Positions 1 through 7,179 of a stretch of DNA of 53,564 nucleotides are shown here, in pieces. The position numbers and the translations under genes were made by a program. Each line of letters opens with the position of its first letter. Position 1 is the stretch's first letter. The DNA lies in IMG/VR virus record IMGVR_UViG_3300042542_001939, positions 1 to 53,564 of that record; one strand, 5' to 3'. Under the pieces are notes generated by a model. That model was not told where the DNA came from. It worked only from the letters and a program-made list of their open reading frames with translations, and ran no database searches. Source of the stretch: a virus. Taxonomy: Duplodnaviria; Caudoviricetes.

Positions 1-67
1 TAGCGGAAAGGTCGGCACCTGCAACGAGGGTGACCTTTACCGAGTAATTGGAGATTTCGTATGCCAT
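1..67 (-). CDS. 5' end of a probable capsid decoration/cement protein (runs off the window)
   Basis: Manual translation MAYEISNYSVKVTLVAGADLSA... It starts 3 nt after the scaffold stop; the position and the AGADLS motif fit small head proteins. Confidence 0.55.
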   Translation of the reverse strand, partial: MAYEISNYSVKVTLVAGADLSA

Positions 68-70
68 GTT

Positions 71-868
71 TTAGGCACCTTTCTCGGATAGGTATTGGCT
101 GTAAAGGTCAGGGTTTTTTGTTGCAACATCAGCCAACGCCTGTGCGAATGACTTTGCTACACCCTCATCAACGGCAGACTTAGCAAGCGTAGTCATACGC
201 TCATAAGCATTGCCTGATTTGAAGTCCGCAGATTTGCCGATTTCTGCAAAAATATGTGCTGACTCTGCCTGTGCATTTACTGAAGAGAGAACCTCTTCGA
301 ATGACTTGGCTAGGTCGGCGTCTGCAAGAGCCAAACGACGGAGCGCTGGTCCTACGATGTTTGCATCGAGATTGAGGTTTTCCCAACCCTTTGCTTTTTC
401 AATTGCTTCTGCGTCAGCCTTGGCTTCGCGCTCTTTGCGAAGTTCCTCAGTTGCGTCAGCGGCTTGCTTGCGCAAGTCCTCTATCATCTTGACTACTGGA
501 GCAGGAGCAGACTTCATAAAGTCCTCATCCTCGGTCTTTTCTGACTTTGGTTCTTTTTCCCCGTACATTTTGTCCATCTCAGACAATTTTGCTTCAAGGT
601 CAGCAATCTTTTTCATTGCTTGTTCCATTGTCATCTCAGCCTTATCGACCTCGACCTCTTCTGTAGCCAAAGGTTTTACTTCATCCTGAGTATTTTCAGG
701 CATGGATTCCTCCTTGGTGAGCGTTTCGTCCAAGACTCTCTGAACTTCAGATTCATCGGCTGATTTCATAACCAGCCAACCTTCATGTAGGTGTGCAGGG
801 TGGTCTACTCCGCTGGTTTCTTCGATAGCAAGATTCACCATCTTACGAGTACGGTTTGCCAAAGTCAC
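71..868 (-). CDS. Capsid scaffold protein with a short protease-like N-terminus
   Basis: N-terminal EETSGVDHPAH motif, then an acidic coiled coil with many hydrophobic-x-K-[AS] sites. Lies downstream of the prohead protease. Confidence 0.65.
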   Translation of the reverse strand: MTLANRTRKMVNLAIEETSGVDHPAHLHEGWLVMKSADESEVQRVLDETLTKEESMPENTQDEVKPLATEEVEVDKAEMTMEQAMKKIADLEAKLSEMDKMYGEKEPKSEKTEDEDFMKSAPAPVVKMIEDLRKQAADATEELRKEREAKADAEAIEKAKGWENLNLDANIVGPALRRLALADADLAKSFEEVLSSVNAQAESAHIFAEIGKSADFKSGNAYERMTTLAKSAVDEGVAKSFAQALADVATKNPDLYSQYLSEKGA

Positions 869-965
869 TCCTAACGAACAGAGGACGCATTTTAAGCATA
901 TGGCTTAAAAAACTATCCTCGGGTCTTGACGATAGAAGAATACCATAAGCCTAAATTTGACCTTT

Positions 966-1232
966 TTAGAGATTTAATAAAACCCTTGTTTTGGCTAGGG
1001 CATCAGGTAGATTGGTGGAAACAAACATTGCAAAAGGATTCTCATTAGCCCAAAATCGTGCAGTCCTAAAGTGAAAGTCGTTGTCGTCTATTTTTGTCCA
1101 TACAAAAAAAGCCTGTGAGTCATTTGGTAACTCAACTTGTATTCCTGAATACCCTGGTGGGGTAGCAACCTTTTCAGTTTTTAGATTAAGCCCGTGAAGT
1201 ATTTCAACTGTTGTATCAATGATTGTTTTCAT
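966..1232 (-). CDS. Hypothetical protein
   Basis: 88-aa ORF co-oriented within the head operon. Confidence 0.6.
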   Translation of the reverse strand: MKTIIDTTVEILHGLNLKTEKVATPPGYSGIQVELPNDSQAFFVWTKIDDNDFHFRTARFWANENPFAMFVSTNLPDALAKTRVLLNL

Positions 1233-1249
1233 TAGATATTTTTCTAGGC

Positions 1250-1654
1250 TTAATCTTTTTTAAGTGTTGAAACCTTATGCCCGACTTTAGTTTCAGTTGG
1301 CTTACCATCTCGGTACAACTGAATAAGAGCCGCTGGGTCATCTTCTTTTCCTTCGATTGTAAAACTTGAATCAGGAACATTTATTTTTCCGTCTGATACA
1401 ACTCGAATTACTTTACCGCTTGCTCGACCACCTGATGAATTCCAAGAAACCATGTCGCCTGATGAGACAGAAAGAGCCTTTTTCATTGCATATGCCATAT
1501 CGCGCATACCCTTTTCAATCATTCTTTTTGCATAACCATTAAGACCTTTAATTCCCTTTTGTTCTACCTGCTCTTTGAGCATCGCATACTCATCGTCTTT
1601 CATAGACTTGAGAGAACCTTTGCGTAATTCTTCGAGAATTTTAATATCTTTCAT
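1250..1654 (-). CDS. Protein with a C-terminal Tudor-like (HVA1/DUF2945-type) domain
   Basis: GDMVSWNSSGG...GKVIRV...DDPA...VGHKVSTL pattern; ATGA overlap with the upstream gene. Confidence 0.65.
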   Translation of the reverse strand: MKDIKILEELRKGSLKSMKDDEYAMLKEQVEQKGIKGLNGYAKRMIEKGMRDMAYAMKKALSVSSGDMVSWNSSGGRASGKVIRVVSDGKINVPDSSFTIEGKEDDPAALIQLYRDGKPTETKVGHKVSTLKKD

Positions 1655-3615
1655 TTGGTTTCCTTTGGCTTCTTTTTCTTTGGATTCATAATTGTATCAA
1701 CATGAACATCTGTAACAGTCGGGTCGCTCTTTTCCATGTCCACAAATAGGCGCTCGGCTCGTCCACCAATCGAATAACCAAGAATCTCTCCTGCTTGTAC
1801 TTTCTCCCATGCCCATTCCTCCCAAATTACTCCTAGAAAAACTGTGTTTGCTGGATAGGTATGAGTGGTTTCCATTCCATCAACTGTTGTAATTGGAACT
1901 GTTAATTCATATGGGAATGACATAACTTCAACCCATTCACCTGCAACAACATCACGGTTATGTTGTAAGCGAATTCTACGGTCATCTGTTCGAACATAGT
2001 CCCACACGGCTCGCTGTAACTCTTCTGAATCTGTCCACTCTCCATGAGCATCAAGTTGGTCAGGAATGTACATGGCTCCAAGTGTGTAGCGTTTATCGTG
2101 TTCAGCCTTTGAAACTTTGTAAGCACCGCGAGTTGATTGTTCATCGCTTCCGTTTTTAGTAAAGGCTTGCCATTGTAAAGACTTCTTTGCTGGGGCATCT
2201 ATGGCTTGACCCTCAAAACCGTTTTCCTTCGACCACTTACTAGAAATGGCTAAGGCTTCATCAGCATTAACCGATAGACGATAAACAGGCAACTCAGCGC
2301 CAGGGTTATCAAAAGCAAAAGCAACTGAAGCGCCCCATGTGTGGTGACCGTCTACCACAAAGCCATCCTTCGAAATAAGGATTCTCTCGCCCTTTGGAAT
2401 CTCGCCCTTTTCTCTAAACTTTTCAAAGATTGCTCCTGAACGAGCAGAGGAGATTTCTTTCTGAATAGGCTTGAGAGTGGTTGGGTCTACCTTTTCCTTC
2501 TCGGATGTAATTCCATCGCTTTTCTCAATCTCTGCCAAGAAACGGTCACGCTCTTTACCAGGAATCTGTGGCATATCTTTGCGAGCAATACCCATACCTT
2601 CATCGCCAAACAACAGTGTGCCTTCAACGCTTAACTCTGTAAGGTCGGGATGGTCTGTGCGCTTTGCCGCTTTCATTAAGAAAGCAGAAACATTTTCCTT
2701 CTCAACCATCGGATGCTCGCCACGATTGATTGCGTCTGCGATTCCATCAGCCCAAGAGCCGTGAGTTTTTTGGTCATGCTGCCCTTGATTATGTTTAGAA
2801 ACTTCTTCTTCTTTCTCAGCGCGAGCAACGAGTGACTCAGACCAAGCAAACCCAGCATCTCCGCCCCAAGCATCCCAAGCAACCCGCCCTGGTGAAGGAA
2901 AACCTTTTTCCCCTTGAGAAAATCCAACAGCGTTTTTATCTACTTCATGGCGAGAAAAGAAAGATTTCATTCGCTTCAAAGTTTCAAGAGAAACATTTTC
3001 TCCTGACGCCAATTGCGATGCACGGCGACGACCAACTGCTGTAAAGCCATCTCCTGCTTTACCCTCACCAATCCAATCAAGTGCGCGACGGGCTGCGTCT
3101 CGAACTGACTTTGGCGGCGTGTTATCTGCCTTAGCAAAACGCTCTATCTGAGCAAGGCGCTCGTCGGCTTTTTTCTTGGAAGTGTAGGTTCCGAACTTGC
3201 GCTTTCCTGTTGAATCGTAAACTGTGAACTTGCCATCTTCTTCACGAATTATTTTCTCAAAAGGGTCAAGCGGAATCTGAACTGGCTCAATACGCATCTC
3301 ATAGCCGTTTGAGGTTAAGAAGGTTTGGACATTGCCTATGTTTGTTCCTGCCGACTTAATGACCTCTTGAATCATCTCTTGAGGCAAAGATGAGCCAAAT
3401 GAGGTTAGGTCTACATCATCTATGGAATCGACAAGAATCTCGTAGTTGTCCCATTCATCAACTGGGCGCTCCATCTTGCGTCGAGCCATTTCGTTGAGAA
3501 TTGTGTGGTGAACCTCGATAGTTGCTGGAGAGGTCTCAGACTTGTGGATACGCTCATGTAGCACTGTAAGTTCTTCAGCGCTAAGTGAGATTAACTTAGG
3601 AGCAATATCCGCCAT
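1651..3615 (-). CDS. Prohead protease polyprotein: C-terminal XkdF-like serine protease fused to several domains, including an HDQ-tagged ParB-like domain
   Basis: C-terminal YIPDQLDAHGEW...LQH...WEKVQAGEILGYSIGG; internal ILISKDGFVVDGHHTW; internal PPKSVRDAARRAL...AWDAWGGDAG domain. Confidence 0.8.
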   Translation of the reverse strand: MADIAPKLISLSAEELTVLHERIHKSETSPATIEVHHTILNEMARRKMERPVDEWDNYEILVDSIDDVDLTSFGSSLPQEMIQEVIKSAGTNIGNVQTFLTSNGYEMRIEPVQIPLDPFEKIIREEDGKFTVYDSTGKRKFGTYTSKKKADERLAQIERFAKADNTPPKSVRDAARRALDWIGEGKAGDGFTAVGRRRASQLASGENVSLETLKRMKSFFSRHEVDKNAVGFSQGEKGFPSPGRVAWDAWGGDAGFAWSESLVARAEKEEEVSKHNQGQHDQKTHGSWADGIADAINRGEHPMVEKENVSAFLMKAAKRTDHPDLTELSVEGTLLFGDEGMGIARKDMPQIPGKERDRFLAEIEKSDGITSEKEKVDPTTLKPIQKEISSARSGAIFEKFREKGEIPKGERILISKDGFVVDGHHTWGASVAFAFDNPGAELPVYRLSVNADEALAISSKWSKENGFEGQAIDAPAKKSLQWQAFTKNGSDEQSTRGAYKVSKAEHDKRYTLGAMYIPDQLDAHGEWTDSEELQRAVWDYVRTDDRRIRLQHNRDVVAGEWVEVMSFPYELTVPITTVDGMETTHTYPANTVFLGVIWEEWAWEKVQAGEILGYSIGGRAERLFVDMEKSDPTVTDVHVDTIMNPKKKKPKETK

Positions 3616-3640
3616 GTTCTAAGAGTAGCGGATGGTATTA

Positions 3641-3802
3641 CTACTCGGGTTTAATCTTTTCAAGTGCGGTTTGGGTCATTGCAATCAATTTGAGTTCAGA
3701 CTCTACGGAAGGATTTTCGTCATCCTCCCAATCAGGATTTGATTGAAGCCATTCCCGATAGGTCGCCTGAATGATTTTAAGTTCTTCTGTCCTTTTGCTC
3801 AT
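3641..3802 (-). CDS. Small acidic protein (53 aa), not in the ORF track
   Basis: MSKRTEELKIIQATYREWLQSNPDWEDDENPSVESELKLIAMTQTALEKIKPE; TATAAT lies 5 nt before the ATG (leaderless-type). Confidence 0.65.
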   Translation of the reverse strand: MSKRTEELKIIQATYREWLQSNPDWEDDENPSVESELKLIAMTQTALEKIKPE

Positions 3803-3820
3803 AGTTAATTATACCCTAGT

Positions 3821-6457
3821 TTATTTCTTTCCAACACTTGAGACAGGCTTTTCTCTTGGTGTGCCATCATAAACAAGCCCATCTCCGTCCATATCAATTG
3901 GACCTGATAAAAGATTTTGACCCTCGGCGGTAAGGATTTTCATGTATGGGATGTACTCCCCTCGAAGAAGTTCTTTACCTGACCAAGTAGTGTTTCCCAC
4001 CCCATCTTTGAGTGGTCTGTCTGCGCCTAAAGATGCAAAATCTCTTGGTGTAGGAAAATCATCTTCCCTCATGTCCCTAATATTTCCATTACTGTCTGTC
4101 ATTCGACTAAGAATCTCCCGCCCTTTTACTAAATCTTGAGCATAGAACGCTTTAGATTCTGCGGTGAATTCGGTAAGGTCATTATCAAGGTCATTTTGTC
4201 TTAACTCAAAAGCGCTGTTCAAAGTTTCAACAATGGAAGGTAGTTCATCTCGGTTCCAATCAAAACCACTATTAGCCCAATGTCTTGCTCCATCTTGTAA
4301 GCCAGCATTGAGGGTAATATGAGTCAAACCTTTTGCAATGTAATAATCCTCTGATTGCTGTAAGAATTTACCGCCAAAGCCAAGCCCCCGATATTCTTTA
4401 TCAATTTTTAAGAATTTATGCTCAACGCTCCATGTGCCGTTTTCCTCATCTTTGGAAAAAACGCGAACAATATCTTCCGTACTGACAGCATTACCTTGGT
4501 CATCAATGATTACAGAATTTACTTGTATGTCATTACCTTGAATAAACACTTCACTAACTGATGAAGAAAGAGTAATTGTTTCTCCTTGACGGTCACCGTC
4601 TCTAAACTCAGCGGTTGTTTCGAGACCGTAAACATCTTGAAATGCCTCTTTCAAACTCTCACTTACTTCAGGGTCTTTGAGGGAGCCATAATCATTTTCT
4701 TGCGAAAAGTTTTCTAAAAAGTCGGGTTCTTGGTCAATGTATTCTTCTACTACTTGGTTTCTATAATCATCGTAATTAGCCAACTTGTCCTCTTCAGACA
4801 TTGGCTCACCGTTTTGTTCTTCTAATTGTGTTATTAGATTATTGATTCTATCTTCTACTTCTTCATTGAGATAAGAATCATTGTCAATCATCATCATGGC
4901 TTTATCTCGGTCAATTTCACCGTCGCTACCTTCAAGAGCCTCATCTAATAAGTTGATTGTTGGTCCGCGGTCTTTGAACTCAGAGATGCGTTTTACATCT
5001 TCCTCGCTTCGACCCGTAGCCCATGAGCCATGAGTAGATTGGTCATGCTCTTGGTGCTTAAAAACAGGCTTTAATCCAGCCTGAAAGCGAATAATTTTAA
5101 TCTTTTGAAATGTTGCTGGTACTTGCCAAAACTCAGCAGGAAGCAATGCAACCTTTTGGTCGGCGAACTGTTTGCCTCGATTATTGAAGAAAGAGTTTTG
5201 TCCGCGAGTTTCTGTTGTGAGCGCCGCTCTAGCGTTCTCTGTAAACATTTGAGAGTGATGTACCCAAGCCGCCTCTTCGCCATCTTGACCAAAGCCTCGA
5301 CCAGTGGCAGCGTGTCCAAAGTAATCATGGACTGCACGGAATTTATCGTTTTGTAAATCACTAAAGAGTGGGTGAGCGCCAGTGCTTGCAGTTGCTAATA
5401 CTTTTAGGTTACCTGTGCTTACATCTGCAAACATTTCTTTAGATGTCTTATATGGGTCATCAGCAACGAATTCGACCTTGACCCCAAGGGTCTTAGTCAT
5501 GTAATCAAATTGTTCTTCTACTTCAGATGCTAGGGCTTCATATTCATCGACTGCATCTCTATCCATCTTCGGAAGAGTTTCATAAATATCAGCAATCTTT
5601 GATGCTCGTTCGCGGTTGGCTACGACCTTTGTGTAATCAATTGTGTCGTCAGGTTTTAAGCCTTTTTTGAAAGCATATTCTTTTGCACCATCTCGAGCGC
5701 CTTTGACTGAATCTTCAGGGTATCTATCTCCAGCCCAATTGCCATGAGTAGATTGGTCATGCTCTCCTTCACGATGCTTTTGGACTGTGTAACGCCCTAG
5801 GCAAACATGAGGAAACTTTACAGATTGCCCTCTATTGCCTGAAGGATTTCGTCCACGAAGGCGTCCGTCTCCTCTTCGTTCATCTCCTGAACTGGCTTGG
5901 GAGTCTCCACTAATACGGGCTTTGTTTGTTCGCTCATCGACTTCATCCTCCATGTAGATATACGAGTCATTAACGACATCGTAGATTGCTTTTTGGTCAT
6001 TCTTGAAACCTGCTCGTACACCCTCTGAACGAGAACTGTATCTTCTTGAGACATCTAAGTAAAGTTTTCCTTGGTCTACCCATGCTCCAAAAAAACTGCC
6101 TTTGTTGTCTAACAACTCAGCGTGGTCTTGGACATAATCCTTGATAGCCGTTCTCAAACTCGCCCTAGATGCCTTTAGGGGCTCGAAATCGAGTGTCCTT
6201 TCGGCTCCTGAATCAGATGCCATAAAACCATCTTTAGGCGAGGTTTTAGTTCGCAGGTCGATGGTAAATCCTGGTGTTCTTTTCTCGCTTAACTTGTCAA
6301 TGAGGCTAGTTATAGTTTTGCCTTCAAGTGTTTTAAGGTCATCGCCTACTACTAGGTTAGCCCAACTACCATGAGTTTTTTGGTCATGCGAACCATGTTT
6401 TTCCACAACAAGAGTAAGACCATTGCTTGAATCGTGTTGAAATTTTTCTAGGTTCAT
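3821..6457 (-). CDS. Three-module effector polyprotein: SAM-lyase-like, HDxxGH and GNAT acetyltransferase domains, each preceded by an HDQ tag
   Basis: Start set at ATG 6457 (ATGA overlap). Motifs GFT...GAWVDQGKLYLDVS...QKAIYD; FRAVHDYFGH...GEEAAW...ETRGQNS; KEYRGLGFG...GARHWANSGFDW. Confidence 0.75.
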   Translation of the reverse strand: MNLEKFQHDSSNGLTLVVEKHGSHDQKTHGSWANLVVGDDLKTLEGKTITSLIDKLSEKRTPGFTIDLRTKTSPKDGFMASDSGAERTLDFEPLKASRASLRTAIKDYVQDHAELLDNKGSFFGAWVDQGKLYLDVSRRYSSRSEGVRAGFKNDQKAIYDVVNDSYIYMEDEVDERTNKARISGDSQASSGDERRGDGRLRGRNPSGNRGQSVKFPHVCLGRYTVQKHREGEHDQSTHGNWAGDRYPEDSVKGARDGAKEYAFKKGLKPDDTIDYTKVVANRERASKIADIYETLPKMDRDAVDEYEALASEVEEQFDYMTKTLGVKVEFVADDPYKTSKEMFADVSTGNLKVLATASTGAHPLFSDLQNDKFRAVHDYFGHAATGRGFGQDGEEAAWVHHSQMFTENARAALTTETRGQNSFFNNRGKQFADQKVALLPAEFWQVPATFQKIKIIRFQAGLKPVFKHQEHDQSTHGSWATGRSEEDVKRISEFKDRGPTINLLDEALEGSDGEIDRDKAMMMIDNDSYLNEEVEDRINNLITQLEEQNGEPMSEEDKLANYDDYRNQVVEEYIDQEPDFLENFSQENDYGSLKDPEVSESLKEAFQDVYGLETTAEFRDGDRQGETITLSSSVSEVFIQGNDIQVNSVIIDDQGNAVSTEDIVRVFSKDEENGTWSVEHKFLKIDKEYRGLGFGGKFLQQSEDYYIAKGLTHITLNAGLQDGARHWANSGFDWNRDELPSIVETLNSAFELRQNDLDNDLTEFTAESKAFYAQDLVKGREILSRMTDSNGNIRDMREDDFPTPRDFASLGADRPLKDGVGNTTWSGKELLRGEYIPYMKILTAEGQNLLSGPIDMDGDGLVYDGTPREKPVSSVGKK
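5818..5937 (-). CDS. Overprinted 39-aa acidic peptide nested in the polyprotein linker
   Basis: GGAGGA 8 nt before ATG; MSEQTKPVLVETPKPVQEMNEEETDAFVDEILQAIEGNL. The main frame over the same bases is an R/G/S-rich low-complexity linker. Confidence 0.6.
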   Translation of the reverse strand: MSEQTKPVLVETPKPVQEMNEEETDAFVDEILQAIEGNL

Positions 6458-7179
6458 GACACAAACTCTACATCCCACACCTTGCCGCGCTGACCAACAA
6501 CCTTAAATTTACTATTGCGAGGCATTAAAAATTCAGCCTCAGTAGTGTTTGGAGTCCATCCATACATGGGTTCGTGATAACCCGCAGGAAAGATTCCCTT
6601 AGTACCAGCGGGTAACTTCATGCGAAAGACTAACCCGTCGTAATAAGGTTGAGAGCCACCGAATTGTTGAGCAACTCCAGCATCAATTGTTGTGGATGTA
6701 TAGCCTTTATCCTCATAAGTATCCCCGACTTTAAGATTTTCAAAAAACTTTAATCCGTTGCCTTTAACTCCTCTATACGCAACCAACTCTTCGCTCAATG
6801 CGGGAGCGGTCTCTATTGCTTTATCAAGCGAATTGACTGTTCCCATATATCCGTCATCGCTTATCTGAGGGTCGCGCAAAGCCTCATTCATGTCATAGCC
6901 TCCACGGCTTTCATAAAAACTTATTGCTGTTGAAAACTCAGGATGAGCCAACTCGGTAAATCCCGCGAGGCGTTGGCTAAATAGTTTCTCCATAAAATAA
7001 ACTTCTTTGTCGGTCTCTGACTCAAAAACTTTTACCTCGTCTTTGAACCAATCGGCAAGATTCTCATAGTTACCTGAAGCCCAGTTACCGTGAGTCTTTT
7101 GGTCGTGGCTACCGTGTTTTTCAACATTTTTGGCTCGGGTTATCTCTACATTTTCAAGGATGGTCACGAATCTACTCAT
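6454..7179 (-). CDS. HDQ-tagged ADP-ribosyltransferase (R-S-E clade, VIP2/Alt-like)
   Basis: YDMNEALR, AYRG, DKGYTSTT, EAEFLMPR (R, STT, ExE). Confidence 0.88.
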   Translation of the reverse strand: MSRFVTILENVEITRAKNVEKHGSHDQKTHGNWASGNYENLADWFKDEVKVFESETDKEVYFMEKLFSQRLAGFTELAHPEFSTAISFYESRGGYDMNEALRDPQISDDGYMGTVNSLDKAIETAPALSEELVAYRGVKGNGLKFFENLKVGDTYEDKGYTSTTIDAGVAQQFGGSQPYYDGLVFRMKLPAGTKGIFPAGYHEPMYGWTPNTTEAEFLMPRNSKFKVVGQRGKVWDVEFVS

